A model generated the notes under the pieces. The model did no database searches, had not been told where the DNA came from, and worked only from the letters and a program-made list of their open reading frames with translations. From Patescibacteria group bacterium (lineage in GTDB: Bacteria > Patescibacteriota > Patescibacteriia > UBA9934 > GWF2-40-263): a stretch of 64,000 nucleotides of DNA. How positions within the stretch are numbered: position 1 is the first letter of the stretch; every line of letters begins with the position of its first letter. The position numbers were made by a program, and so were the translations under genes. The stretch lies in contig SCUM01000001.1 of NCBI GenBank assembly GCA_004297215.1, forward strand, positions 678,716 through 742,715. The letters are read 5' to 3'. This document shows positions 17,959 through 28,252 of the stretch, piece after piece.

Positions 17959-18828
17959 ATGAGCATTGAAACACCTACTGGCTCTGATCCGAAAGAAAAC
18001 GCCGGCGCAGGCGCAAGCCTCGACGATGTGCTTTCCGGAAAGGAACACCCAGAGAGTCAATCACCAGACCCCAAGCCCAAGCCATCGGGCGACGGACACT
18101 CTGACAAGACGGGAGACGATGCCGGCAAAAAACCGGATGGTCAGCCCGCCGCCAACGCAGGCGCAAAAGGCGAAGACGGCAAACCCTCCAAGTACGCAAA
18201 TCTTGACGAGGCGAACAAGGCGTACGGCGAGCTTGAAAAAAAGCTCGGCGAGCATGCCAAAGAGCTCGGAGAACTCCGGACTCTGAAAGAGGAGCATGAG
18301 AAAGTCCAAGGCTTCCTCACTGCCCTCGACAAGGCGCTCGCTGCCAAACCGGAACTGGCTGAACAGCTGAAGGCGGCTCTCGCCGGAAGCTCGGCCGGAG
18401 AAGGCAAAGGCAAAGCAGGGGCGGACAAAGATGAGGACGACGACTCTGTCGAAGCGACCGTCAACAGAATTCTTGACGATCGCGAGACGAAAGCGAAAGT
18501 CAAATCCGGAATCGATGCGTGGATGGATTCGCACAAGGAAGAGCTCGAAGCCGAAGACGGCAAGCTCGGCCACACGATCCTCGACACCATCGAAAAGGAT
18601 AAGCTCCCATTCAATGCCAAAACTCTTCAGCTCGTCTATGACGCGCTGACCGGAGACAAAAAGGCAAAGAAGGCAGCCGAAGATGCGCTGAAAAAAGAGG
18701 AGATCGCCGATCTTGACCGCGAAAACGCCTCAGCCGTTGGGGACGGGGCACCGGCACCCAAAGGCAAAATCCCCGAAGGCGGATTTGATGCCTTCGTCAG
18801 CGGAATCGGAAATCCGAACCGCATGTAA
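17959..18828 (+). CDS. Capsid scaffolding protein
   Basis: Acidic, low-complexity N-terminus, KY..LDEANKAYGELEKKLG motif and coiled coil; precedes the major capsid gene. Confidence 0.85.
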   Translation: MSIETPTGSDPKENAGAGASLDDVLSGKEHPESQSPDPKPKPSGDGHSDKTGDDAGKKPDGQPAANAGAKGEDGKPSKYANLDEANKAYGELEKKLGEHAKELGELRTLKEEHEKVQGFLTALDKALAAKPELAEQLKAALAGSSAGEGKGKAGADKDEDDDSVEATVNRILDDRETKAKVKSGIDAWMDSHKEELEAEDGKLGHTILDTIEKDKLPFNAKTLQLVYDALTGDKKAKKAAEDALKKEEIADLDRENASAVGDGAPAPKGKIPEGGFDAFVSGIGNPNRM

Positions 18829-18875
18829 CAACCGAGTGCAGAGGCAATGCGCTCACAATCAACTGACAGTGAATT

Positions 18876-20102
18876 ATGGCTGAACCAACTCACATCATCG
18901 GGCAGCTTGACACCCTCAGCGTCGAACAGTCGACTCGCGTTCCTGATGTAGACGATAAAATCTTCATCTTGGAGCCGGGCGAAACTCCTTTGACTGCCTT
19001 CCTTACGCAGATCGGCAAGATCGCGGACGGCGGTGGCAAATTCAAAGGATCAGCGCTTCAGAAGGAAGTCACCTTCAACCCCGAGTTCAAGGAGTATGAA
19101 GATCAGTACGGCGGCGTATGGGCGCGCATCAACAATGGCGCCGGATACGCCACGGGCGATACGGCATTTGTCGTGGACACACCGGGCGCTGCGATCTTCA
19201 CCAAAGGCGATGTTGTAAAGAACACCCGCACGGGTGAAATTTACCGCGTCACTTCCGTGAACTACAGCACGAACACCATCACGGTGACTCGCGCACAGGG
19301 CTCTGTTGTGGCGACCGCTCTGGTCGACAACGACTGGCTGACCATCATCGGCACGGCGTCCGAAGAAGGCGCGGGCACGCTTCCGGCCAATCACACGCAG
19401 CTCGTTCCGGTCACGAACTACACGCAGATTTTCAAAACCTACGTGGAAGTATCGAAGACGCTCGACGCTTCAAAGACCTACCCGTCAATGAAGCCGGGCG
19501 AATACCGCCGGTTCCAGCGCGTGAAGAAGGCTATCGAGCACGCCAAGCTTATCGAGCGCGCCTACCTTTTTGGCGACAAAAAGGAAGTGGCAACGGGTCC
19601 CGACGGCGAACCGCTGCGCTACACAGGCGGCATCCTCGAAGCGATCACGGCTATAGGCAATGTCCAGGACGAAGCGAGCTCCGCCCTTACGGATACGGAA
19701 TTCCGCAACTTCCTCCGCGACTATGCCTTCAAGTACGGCTCCTCGGAGAAGCTGTTCCTCTGCGGCAACGCAATCCTCGCCTACATCGAGAGCTTTGCCA
19801 CCGGCAAGCTCCAGCTGACCCCAGACGACAAGACCTACGGCGTCATGGTGCGCAAGTACCAGTCTCCGTTCGGCATCTTGAATATCGTCCGCCACCCGAT
19901 GTTCGATCAGGAATACTCCGGTCTCGGAGTAGTCCTCGACATCACCACGGTCAAGCATCGTCCTTTGAACGGCCGCGATACCGGGCTCACGACCAACGTG
20001 CAGGCACCGGGCGACGATAAGTTCAAAGACGAGTATCTGACCGAAGCAGGTCTCCAAAGGGTCAACTTCGAAAAGAACGCGATCCTTAAGGGCGTTGTCT
20101 AG
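18876..20102 (+). CDS. Major capsid protein (HK97 fold, DUF5309/SU10-like)
   Basis: ETPLTAFL, NYTQIFK, IERAYLFG, RYTGGI, YQSPFG motifs; strong codon bias. Confidence 0.88.
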   Translation: MAEPTHIIGQLDTLSVEQSTRVPDVDDKIFILEPGETPLTAFLTQIGKIADGGGKFKGSALQKEVTFNPEFKEYEDQYGGVWARINNGAGYATGDTAFVVDTPGAAIFTKGDVVKNTRTGEIYRVTSVNYSTNTITVTRAQGSVVATALVDNDWLTIIGTASEEGAGTLPANHTQLVPVTNYTQIFKTYVEVSKTLDASKTYPSMKPGEYRRFQRVKKAIEHAKLIERAYLFGDKKEVATGPDGEPLRYTGGILEAITAIGNVQDEASSALTDTEFRNFLRDYAFKYGSSEKLFLCGNAILAYIESFATGKLQLTPDDKTYGVMVRKYQSPFGILNIVRHPMFDQEYSGLGVVLDITTVKHRPLNGRDTGLTTNVQAPGDDKFKDEYLTEAGLQRVNFEKNAILKGVV

Positions 20103-20151
20103 CCGACTGGAGTGTGATCCCGACTCTCTTACTCAACGGGATACCAGAGCT

Positions 20152-20203
20152 TCTGCTTTGGCTTCCTGCCTCCTTTCGGGGGCAGAAGCGAGGGCAGAAA
20201 AAC
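20152..20203 (+). terminator. Long hairpin downstream of the capsid gene (terminator or stabiliser)
   Basis: TCTGCTTT...CTGCCTCC-TTTC-GGGGGCAG...AGGGCAGA stem with G-U pairs; no U-tract, so the role is uncertain. Confidence 0.45.
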
Positions 20204-20270
20204 GCCCTTAGGCCAGGCGCGCAACAGTCCTCGGAGGTCAAAACATAACAGCAATAACAACATCCCTCGT

Positions 20271-20699
20271 ATGGCAACATTCAGAACTCGCATCTATAAA
20301 TCAGGCGGCGGCTCGCTCCGCATCGTTGTGAAGCCGGGCATGCCCCAATTCGAAGGAGGCGTAAAAGTCGGCGACAAGCCGGGCGTCTACGCTGACTTCG
20401 TCGGCGGAGAGTTTGTCACCAAAGATAAAGAAGTGATCGAAAAACTCCGCTCCCTTCCCACCTTCGGCGTCGACTTCGTTGAAGTTACCGACGAAGACGA
20501 GAGGGCCGGAAAAAATGCCGGCAGCGAAAGCACTGATCAGGCCGGCAATGCCGGAGATGATCAGTCCGATCCGCGCGCAGAGCTTGAGAAGCTGACTAAA
20601 TCCCAGCTGCAGGAACTCGCGCAAGAGCGCGGAGTATCGCTCGATGCAAATCTCAAAAAGGCCGAGATCATCGACGCGCTTCTTAACGCACAAAAATAA
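20271..20699 (+). CDS. Phage protein with a C-terminal Rho-N/HeH-like motif
   Basis: LEKLTKSQLQELAQERGV...KKAEIIDALL. Confidence 0.75.
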   Translation: MATFRTRIYKSGGGSLRIVVKPGMPQFEGGVKVGDKPGVYADFVGGEFVTKDKEVIEKLRSLPTFGVDFVEVTDEDERAGKNAGSESTDQAGNAGDDQSDPRAELEKLTKSQLQELAQERGVSLDANLKKAEIIDALLNAQK

Positions 20700-20718
20700 G
20701 AAATCCCCCTGAAATTGT

Positions 20719-20964
20719 ATGAGCAAATCCAACATCAAAATTCGGGCGGCTCATCGCGTCATTGTTGACGGCACAACTTACGAGCAGGACGACTTCCTGC
20801 CCGAAGACATTGATGCGGAGACGCTTGAGCAGCTGAAGCTCTCTCATGCCGTGTATGAGCAGGAGATGAGCCACGGTGAAAAATCATCGCCCGCTTCGGC
20901 CGAGGCCAAGCCGGAAGAGGACGAGGAAACCGAGGCGCCGAAAAGGCGGACTCGAAAAAAATAG
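20719..20964 (+). CDS. Hypothetical virion-module protein
   Basis: Operonic ORF with a basic C-terminal tail. Confidence 0.65.
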   Translation: MSKSNIKIRAAHRVIVDGTTYEQDDFLPEDIDAETLEQLKLSHAVYEQEMSHGEKSSPASAEAKPEEDEETEAPKRRTRKK

Positions 20965-20967
20965 CGT

Positions 20968-21744
20968 ATGCCTATCGTCTCAAACGATCTAAAAGAATAT
21001 AAATCTTCTGCATCGCAGTCATCGGGCGGTGCGATTTCGGGCACGCTGGTGACCGACAACGTCGACAACAACCTCTTCACTGACATAACCGGCGATGAGG
21101 CAGCTGCCGGCGGAACGGAATACCGAAAGATATTCCGCAAAAACGAGCACGGCTCGCTTGCATGGCAGAACGTGATCTCGTGGATACTCTCTCAGCCGAC
21201 CAACGCCGCGCTTTCATTCGGCTTCGGCATTGATCATGCTGACGACGCCGACGGCGCGCAGGGCAACATGACCAACTTCAGCGCAGCTGCTGTGGTGGCT
21301 CTTGTTTCCGACGGCGCCGACACTCGCCAAGCGACCATCGTCGGCGAAGACAGCACCGGCGCACGGCAGACCGAAAACGTAACGCTAAACGGCGCGACTG
21401 AAGTACTGTCATCCGGCACCTATGCAAAAGTCTATGCGGTCTATCTCGCATCTCTTGATGCTTCCCGCACAGTTACAGTCAAGCAGGGATCGGGCGGAAC
21501 AACCCGAGGAACCATCGGAACGAACAAAAAAATCTGCTTCCTGTGGCTCGGCAAAAAAGCATCCGGATCGATTATCGATGCCGAGGGCGGAAATGCTCCC
21601 GACAAAGCATCCGGCATGGAGCACGGCAACATAGCCGCAGCCGGAAACTTCGGCCTGTGGTACCGGCTGTCATGGCTTGCCGGCGCAGGCGCAGTCACCG
21701 CGAATTCCACGCAGGTGAAATCCGAAGGCGACACTGCAGCCTAA
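20968..21744 (+). CDS. Putative virion structural protein (decoration or fibre anchor)
   Basis: Gly/Ala/Thr-rich; NNLFTDITGDEAAAGGTEYRKIF motif of the kind seen in phage structural proteins. Confidence 0.7.
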   Translation: MPIVSNDLKEYKSSASQSSGGAISGTLVTDNVDNNLFTDITGDEAAAGGTEYRKIFRKNEHGSLAWQNVISWILSQPTNAALSFGFGIDHADDADGAQGNMTNFSAAAVVALVSDGADTRQATIVGEDSTGARQTENVTLNGATEVLSSGTYAKVYAVYLASLDASRTVTVKQGSGGTTRGTIGTNKKICFLWLGKKASGSIIDAEGGNAPDKASGMEHGNIAAAGNFGLWYRLSWLAGAGAVTANSTQVKSEGDTAA

Positions 21745-21780
21745 TACGCACGGGGCCGTGCGAAAAACCAATCCAAATTT

Positions 21781-21948
21781 ATGACCAAACCGCTTAGCAA
21801 AAAAGCACTCGAGCTTCTCAAAGAGCTGTTCTCCGAAATGTCCAACCTGCAGGTGCCTGCCGGCCTTGCCGAGCAGATCGTTGAAATCCGCAGCTGGACA
21901 AAAGAAGAACTGGCCAGAGCCGAGCGCGACAATCCAAGCGCAAAGTGA
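21781..21948 (+). CDS. Small hypothetical protein (55 aa, not in the ORF track)
   Basis: Hand translation MTKPLSKKALELLKELFSEMSNLQVPAGLAEQIVEIRSWTKEELARAERDNPSAK*. Confidence 0.6.
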   Translation: MTKPLSKKALELLKELFSEMSNLQVPAGLAEQIVEIRSWTKEELARAERDNPSAK

Positions 21949-21970
21949 GCGGTCATAGAACACTGAGGCT

Positions 21971-23770
21971 ATGGCGCTTGATGCAGTAAAAAATTTTGCA
22001 AAGGGCGCGGTCTCCCAGGGCTATGACTCGCTGGCAACCTCCATTGTTTTGGCCTCCGGGGACGGCGCACGATTTCCTGACCCGTCATCCGACGGTGAGT
22101 TTAATGTTGTCTGGTGGAATTCCACCGACTACGGCGACCCATCGGATGATCCCAATCGGGAGATTGTGCGTGTCACTGCACGGACTACGGATACGCTCAC
22201 AATCACGCGCGCGCAGGAAAGCACCAGCGCAGCGAACCACAACACCGCCGGCAAAACCTACAAAGTAGCGCTCGCGATGTCGGCGAAAATGATCGCCGAT
22301 CTGATTGCCGAACTGAACCTCCGCTTCAAGCAAGGCGGCAATGCTTTCGGCGCAGCAGCAGTTCTCGGAACGACCGACGACCAAGTCGTTCAGATACAGC
22401 ACAACGGCAGCATCCGCCTCGAGCTCAATGCAAGCGGTCTCAATCTTTACGCCCCGCGCACGATTTACACAGCCGGTGGCGACATTTGGTTTGGCGCGAC
22501 AACCGCGCACAACATCAAATTCAATACAAACAACTCCGAACGAGCGAGAATTGATTCTGCCGGCGATGTTAGCATCGGAACGACTTCGACAGGAGTCCGA
22601 TTGCGGGTGGTCGATAACGACGGAGGCGGAGTCCGCGGTACCTATACCACGACCATAATGCAGATACACGGCAAGGATGCTGACGCAAACCATCTGCTGA
22701 TTGATGCTGCAAACAACAATCCCTTTATCCTTTTCCGTCATTCAACAGGCACGTTCGCCTCTCCTGCCGCGACTGCAGGCAACAACTTTATTTCCGGCTT
22801 TGACTCTTATGCGCATGACGGCTCCGCATTTCAATGGGGCGCCCGATTTTTTGTGGCCGCTTCTTCCGGCGTTGCTTGGAGCGCTTCAAACCGAGGCACT
22901 GAACTTTGGTGCTATCTGTGCAATGTCAACACTACTTCGCCCGGGGTCAGATTGGTCATTAAAGGGAATGGAGAATTAACTTCCACTACCGGCACAACTA
23001 TCGCCGAGGGCTCCGGCGGACAGATAAACTCGGTCAGCACAAAAAACGCGATGTCTGGCGTCGGGGCTATCGTAAATTATGCCTACGCCGGCATCCACAA
23101 CGCGAACACCAACGGAGCGGGCGCCGGCATCGCTCTTACAGTTACCACTGCGTTCACAACCAACATTGCCGCTTCTCTTATCGGCTACCGCGTCGGCTCA
23201 AACGCCCAAGGGCGGCTCCTGATTTACACCAAACAGTCAACGACCGGCGGGGCTGCGCCAAACCTAGCGCTGGTTATTGATGAAAACCAGAAAGTTTTGA
23301 TTTCGGGCACAAACGGCACTGCTTCTGCCCGCCTTCACATCCAGGAACCGACACTCGGCAGCGAAGCGCACCGCATCGAAACAGTGGCAACCAATGACGA
23401 CGTGGCGGAGAAAGTGTATCAGGGACGCGCTGCGACGACTGATGCCACAGCGACAACCATCCTCACCCTCGCAACGATTACCGACTCGGTAAAGATGATT
23501 GAAATAAAAGTTGCAGCACGTCGAACCGGAGGCACCGGTGGCACTGCGGGGGACGGCGCGGGATATGCACGCGTTGCAACATTCAAAAACATTGCCGGCA
23601 CAGTAAGCCAAATAGGAAGCACACAGGACAACGCAACCCATGAAAGTCAGGCCGTATGGGATGTTTCTTTCAGCATCAGCGGGACGAATGTACTTGTGCA
23701 GGTTACCGGCGCAGCCGACAACAACATCACGTGGCACGCAACTGCTCGCGTCTACGAATTGAGCACATAA
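21971..23770 (+). CDS. Tail fibre / receptor-binding protein
   Basis: ER.RIDSAG.V.IGTT beta-fibre repeat, FKQGGNAFGA motif, Gly/Thr/Asn-rich. Confidence 0.8.
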   Translation: MALDAVKNFAKGAVSQGYDSLATSIVLASGDGARFPDPSSDGEFNVVWWNSTDYGDPSDDPNREIVRVTARTTDTLTITRAQESTSAANHNTAGKTYKVALAMSAKMIADLIAELNLRFKQGGNAFGAAAVLGTTDDQVVQIQHNGSIRLELNASGLNLYAPRTIYTAGGDIWFGATTAHNIKFNTNNSERARIDSAGDVSIGTTSTGVRLRVVDNDGGGVRGTYTTTIMQIHGKDADANHLLIDAANNNPFILFRHSTGTFASPAATAGNNFISGFDSYAHDGSAFQWGARFFVAASSGVAWSASNRGTELWCYLCNVNTTSPGVRLVIKGNGELTSTTGTTIAEGSGGQINSVSTKNAMSGVGAIVNYAYAGIHNANTNGAGAGIALTVTTAFTTNIAASLIGYRVGSNAQGRLLIYTKQSTTGGAAPNLALVIDENQKVLISGTNGTASARLHIQEPTLGSEAHRIETVATNDDVAEKVYQGRAATTDATATTILTLATITDSVKMIEIKVAARRTGGTGGTAGDGAGYARVATFKNIAGTVSQIGSTQDNATHESQAVWDVSFSISGTNVLVQVTGAADNNITWHATARVYELST

Positions 23771-23774
23771 ACCT

Positions 23775-25343
23775 ATGATTTACGGAACTCACGCATACGC
23801 AACAGCACCATACGCAGGAACTACACCGCAGAAAATATCCGTGGCTCGGATCATTGCCTATGTGCTCGATATTTTCGGATTGGCAGCGAAGCCGGCTACC
23901 TACCAGCTCGACATTTTCGCGCTGGCGAGCCGTGTGCTGACATACGCATGGGATCAATTCCAGCTGATCGCAAGAGAACTCGCTTATATCTTTGACCTCC
24001 GAGGACTTGCCAGCGTGGCTGTCTCATACATTCATGACATCTTTGCGCTGATCGGAAAAACCACCTCTTACGTCTGGGATATTTTCGGGCTCGCTGCGCG
24101 CACCGGATCATACCTATGGGATCAGGCAGCGCTCACTGCAAAAACGGTCGCGTATGTCTTTGGCATCAGCGCATTAGCTTCAAAGGCATACACCTATCTG
24201 CTCGACATCAATTCGCTGATTTACAAAATTACAGCGTATCTGCTCGACATTAAAAATCTCATCGCCAAAACGGCTTCCTATATCTGGGATCAGGCGACAC
24301 TGATCGCCAAAACTCTGACCTACATTCTCGGCATCAATGCGCTTGCGGAAAAAACTTATACCTACATTCTCGATATCCGGATACTGGCATCCCGCTTGAC
24401 GCAGTACGTGTTCGACATCATAGGCCCCGCAATCAAAACAACGGTCTATATGTGGGATCAGGCCCAGCTCGCAGCGCGCAGCATAACCTACCAATTCGGC
24501 ATCTTCCTGAACGCGCTGATGCAGAGAACGTACATCTTCGATCTGAAAGAATTGGCTGCAAAGCTGACCGCATATCTCTTCGACATGCAGCAGCTCGCGA
24601 CAAAAACATCAGCATACGTCTTTGACATGCTGAACCTCGCCGGAAAAACAATCGCGTACTTGTTCGATCAGACCATCCTCGCAGCAAAGCAGCTGGAGTA
24701 TCTGTTCGATATGCAGCAGCTGGCTGCGCGCGTCACCGCCTATGTGCTGGATATCCGGAACCTCGCGGCAAAAACAGTCTCGTACCTTCTCGACATTCAA
24801 AATCTCATTGCCCGGGTAACTGCATACATCTTCGATATCCGCACAATCGCGGGCAAAGCAGGAACTTATCTGTTTGACATCTTCTCAGTAGTCGACCGGA
24901 CGCTGACCTACCTGTTTGACATTCTGGCACTCGCTTCAAAGGCAGTGATTTATCTGCTGGATATTGAAAATACGATCGCAAAAATCCTGACCTATCGCTT
25001 CGAAATCAATGCCATCGTCTCGAGAATCCTGACCTACCGCTTCGACATTCTGATCACGATCGGCCGGATGTGGACATACCTGCTCGACATCTTCGGACTT
25101 GCCGGCAAAGCGATCCGGTATGTGTGGGATATTTTCAAAATTCCCGAGCCGATCAGAGTGGCAGTAGAGCTGCTGACGGCAAAATTCTCCGTGCTCCTCA
25201 TGACCGCGAAAAGCATCATCGGCCTACCAAGCTCAAAGACCGGGATACCTCTCTCAAATGCGAAATCCGGAATAGAGCTGAAGCAGTCAAAGAGCGAGGC
25301 CGCTCTGAAAAGCGCGAAAGAGGAGATAAAACTTAAACCTTAA
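23775..25343 (+). CDS. Fibre-like protein with 31 tandem 14-aa repeats
   Basis: Y-x-(L/F/W)-D-(I/Q/M)-x-x-L-A-x-(K/R)-x-x-x repeated without indels from aa 29 to ~455. Confidence 0.85.
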   Translation: MIYGTHAYATAPYAGTTPQKISVARIIAYVLDIFGLAAKPATYQLDIFALASRVLTYAWDQFQLIARELAYIFDLRGLASVAVSYIHDIFALIGKTTSYVWDIFGLAARTGSYLWDQAALTAKTVAYVFGISALASKAYTYLLDINSLIYKITAYLLDIKNLIAKTASYIWDQATLIAKTLTYILGINALAEKTYTYILDIRILASRLTQYVFDIIGPAIKTTVYMWDQAQLAARSITYQFGIFLNALMQRTYIFDLKELAAKLTAYLFDMQQLATKTSAYVFDMLNLAGKTIAYLFDQTILAAKQLEYLFDMQQLAARVTAYVLDIRNLAAKTVSYLLDIQNLIARVTAYIFDIRTIAGKAGTYLFDIFSVVDRTLTYLFDILALASKAVIYLLDIENTIAKILTYRFEINAIVSRILTYRFDILITIGRMWTYLLDIFGLAGKAIRYVWDIFKIPEPIRVAVELLTAKFSVLLMTAKSIIGLPSSKTGIPLSNAKSGIELKQSKSEAALKSAKEEIKLKP

Positions 25344-25345
25344 AT

Positions 25346-25663
25346 ATGGCAACCATAAAAATTGTACAAAACGATACCCGCCCTCCGCTTGAATTTGATA
25401 TCACGCAGGACGGCAAGGCCGTAAATCTCACCGGCGCGACAGTCAAGTTTTACATGAAGAACGCAGATACTGGCGCAGTGAAAATCAACGGCGCAGCGTG
25501 CACGATCACCGATGCTGTAAAAGGCAAATGCCGATACAGCTGGCAGGCATCGGACACCAATACGGTCGGAACATACTCCGGAGAAGTTGAGGTAACCTTC
25601 CCCGACAGCTCGATCCACACGGGCTATAAGCAGATGATCATCGTCGTCCGCGACGACATATAA
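25346..25663 (+). CDS. BppU N-terminal-like domain protein
   Basis: IVQNDTRP...DG.AVNLTGATV.F...G...Y.W...DT...G.Y.GEVEVTF. Confidence 0.75.
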   Translation: MATIKIVQNDTRPPLEFDITQDGKAVNLTGATVKFYMKNADTGAVKINGAACTITDAVKGKCRYSWQASDTNTVGTYSGEVEVTFPDSSIHTGYKQMIIVVRDDI

Positions 25664-25667
25664 ACAT

Positions 25668-26300
25668 ATGACCAGAGGAGAAATTAAAACCGCAATAAAA
25701 AACCAGACCGACGACAGCTCGGTCGCCGATTCCATTCTCAATGAATGGGTGCAGGATGCAGACCGCGCCGTGCAGACATGGCGTCCGGAAAAAGACAGCG
25801 AGCAGACGTTTGATCACTGGGACTACCTGCTCGAAGAAAAGGCCTACGAAACCGAGGCGAACAATAACCGATTCACGCTGCCGGACAACTTTCGCTCGTT
25901 TATTGAATTCACAATTGCCGACGACGAAAAGCCGTATCGGCTGATCGACTATGGCCTCCGGAACCGCTACAGCGACCATGTCTGCTGGATAATCGGCAAG
26001 TACCTCTACATCAAAGCGACGCCGGCTGAAGGCGGAAAAACAGCAACGCTGCTCTTCGTCCATATCTCCGATGAATTTGCTGCAGATGCAGATGAGCCGG
26101 AAATTGAATCGCTGTATCACGGTGCGCACGTCGCCTTCGGCAAAGGCCGCTATTACAACCAGCAGGGCGACACCGAGCTCGAGCGCGAGAACATGGCCGA
26201 GTTTGAGCGCGTCATGCGCCGCAAATGGCGCGATCAGACGCAGGCCCGCATGCAAACCAATCCGGACACAGTCACCATTCCGCGCCAGCACATTGTCTAA
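25668..26300 (+). CDS. Head-tail adaptor protein (podoviral)
   Basis: MT.GEIK...I..WV..A start, FTLPDNF, D.DEPEI motifs; gene order. Confidence 0.7.
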   Translation: MTRGEIKTAIKNQTDDSSVADSILNEWVQDADRAVQTWRPEKDSEQTFDHWDYLLEEKAYETEANNNRFTLPDNFRSFIEFTIADDEKPYRLIDYGLRNRYSDHVCWIIGKYLYIKATPAEGGKTATLLFVHISDEFAADADEPEIESLYHGAHVAFGKGRYYNQQGDTELERENMAEFERVMRRKWRDQTQARMQTNPDTVTIPRQHIV

Positions 26301-26306
26301 ACATCT

Positions 26307-28037
26307 ATGCCACTTCTGCGAAAAATTTGGAAACAATCGCGCTTCGACAAAGGACTCGGCAATCTGAATGCGCCGGGCATGTTTTGGTGGGCGCAAAACC
26401 TCGACTTTGAGTCGACCCCGCCGTATATCCGCGTGGCGCAGAAACTGCTCAAAGAAACTGACAGTGCTGCCGTTGCAACGCTTGCCGATATTTTCTGGAG
26501 CACGATATTCGACAGCACGAACTGGGCGATAAACATGCTCGACGGCAAAGTCTTCAAATTCAACTATCCGAGCTGGTCGGAAGTCCACGACAATGTGAAT
26601 GCGTGGGGCGGGCTCGGCCTTTTCGGCGACAGCCAAATAGACAACTTCACGGAGAAAGGCTTCCTCTACTATGCATCAAACGGATGGGCGGGACGATATC
26701 AGCGCGAAACTGACACGTGGACTGACTCATGGCAGAGCTTTGCGGTCTCAAATAACGCAGAGCTGTGCCCGATCACGAAGTTTCTGAAATTCATCTGCTT
26801 CGGAAACCAGCGCTATGTAGCGGCATGGGATACCGGAGCCAGCTCGTGGAACGCGACGCGCATCACGCTTCCGCTTGGATACAAAATCAAGTGGTTTGCT
26901 CCGCTCACCGACTACCTCGTAATCTGCGCCTACAGCAATGCCTACGGTGCCGCGCTGTTTTTCTGGGATGGCATATCCGCAACTTACAACCGCGTGCTCC
27001 AGCTTCCGAACCTGTCGGCTCCAGCCGGAGTAGTGGACAAGAACCGGCTCTACGTGATCACCGGCGACGGCTGGATCAATCTCTTCGACGGGTCCGGCCT
27101 CGTGAAACTCAACCGCTTCCCCGACATCGAGTCCGGAGACATCAATCTCTCCATCAACCCTGATGCCGTCAAAGTGCACAAGGGCGTCATTCTTATCGGC
27201 CTTCGGGCCCACGGCTTCAATATGGAGAAGCGCTACTATGCCGGCGGAATATGGTGCTTCAATCCGGACACCAACGCCCTCTACTTCCGGCATACGATGT
27301 CGCACGGCGGCATCACCAACATCAGCGGAACCGGCGTCATCACAATAGGAAGCATTATGCTTTCCGTAAATTCCGATCAATTCCGCGCGGCTTGGTACAA
27401 AGGCGGCGGATCGGGCGCTTATGTCATTGACGTAAACAACGACACCGGCTCCTTCAAGCCGTATGACTGGAACGCAATCATAGTCAGCCCGCTCTTCGAC
27501 GATGAGCCGTACCGGCGCAAGCGATTCATTCAGGAGGTGCTGAACTTTTGGAAGCCAATGCCGGAAACAAGCTTCGCCCGCTACGTGGTGAAATACAACA
27601 CCGAAGAGCGCTATCAAAAATACTCGGCATTTGCCACCGGAGGCGGATCAAATTACTTCACTCTCTCATTTATCCCGACTGCCTACTTCAAAGTCGGCTA
27701 CGAAGTCACAGTTGTCGCCGGAGGCGGCGCCGGACAAATCCGCCACATCACCAGCATCGACACCTCGCTTAACCGGGTATACGTGGACGAAACCCTGTAT
27801 GCAGGAGCCAACTATGCCAGCGACTCCTATCTTCTCGTGACGCCGTTTCTGAAGATCGGCACAATCAAAGGAAATGAGAGCCCGAGCGCTATCAACAAGC
27901 TGTTCCGCTTCAATGCCCGCGCAAAGAAAATTCAGATCAAAATAGAAATCTGGTCGCCGACCGGCTTCACCGGGCAGTGGGACTTAGGCATCTCCGACAT
28001 GAGCACGGTGTATGTGCCCGACCGGATTATAAAATAA
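26307..28037 (+). CDS. Tail nozzle / stabilisation protein (beta-propeller-like)
   Basis: 576 aa, aromatic beta-rich repeats (FFWDG, LFDG), K.IQIKIE near the C-terminus; follows the adaptor. Confidence 0.65.
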   Translation: MPLLRKIWKQSRFDKGLGNLNAPGMFWWAQNLDFESTPPYIRVAQKLLKETDSAAVATLADIFWSTIFDSTNWAINMLDGKVFKFNYPSWSEVHDNVNAWGGLGLFGDSQIDNFTEKGFLYYASNGWAGRYQRETDTWTDSWQSFAVSNNAELCPITKFLKFICFGNQRYVAAWDTGASSWNATRITLPLGYKIKWFAPLTDYLVICAYSNAYGAALFFWDGISATYNRVLQLPNLSAPAGVVDKNRLYVITGDGWINLFDGSGLVKLNRFPDIESGDINLSINPDAVKVHKGVILIGLRAHGFNMEKRYYAGGIWCFNPDTNALYFRHTMSHGGITNISGTGVITIGSIMLSVNSDQFRAAWYKGGGSGAYVIDVNNDTGSFKPYDWNAIIVSPLFDDEPYRRKRFIQEVLNFWKPMPETSFARYVVKYNTEERYQKYSAFATGGGSNYFTLSFIPTAYFKVGYEVTVVAGGGAGQIRHITSIDTSLNRVYVDETLYAGANYASDSYLLVTPFLKIGTIKGNESPSAINKLFRFNARAKKIQIKIEIWSPTGFTGQWDLGISDMSTVYVPDRIIK

Positions 28038-28049
28038 CCAAACACACAT

Positions 28050-28250
28050 ATGGCAACAGAAAAAAATTACACGCTTGAAAAAATCGACGAGCAGACCGCC
28101 CGCAAAACTGACACGCGGCAGTCTGTCACGATCGTAAATGTTGAGGATCTCCGCAGGCAGAAGGCCGAGCTTGAAAAGGAGATCGCAGACAGGCAGAAAA
28201 TGCTTGCTGAAATTGAGGAGATCATCACGGAATTCGACAAACTGAAATAG
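28050..28250 (+). CDS. Small coiled-coil protein
   Basis: Operonic ORF with tATG start. Confidence 0.6.
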   Translation: MATEKNYTLEKIDEQTARKTDTRQSVTIVNVEDLRRQKAELEKEIADRQKMLAEIEEIITEFDKLK

Positions 28251-28252
28251 CT

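Noticed and set aside
23775-25343. Tape measure protein, CRISPR array or DGR target
   Set aside because: Repeats are protein-level with diverged DNA and no spacers. No tail tube/chaperone genes, reverse transcriptase or template repeat were found in the window.
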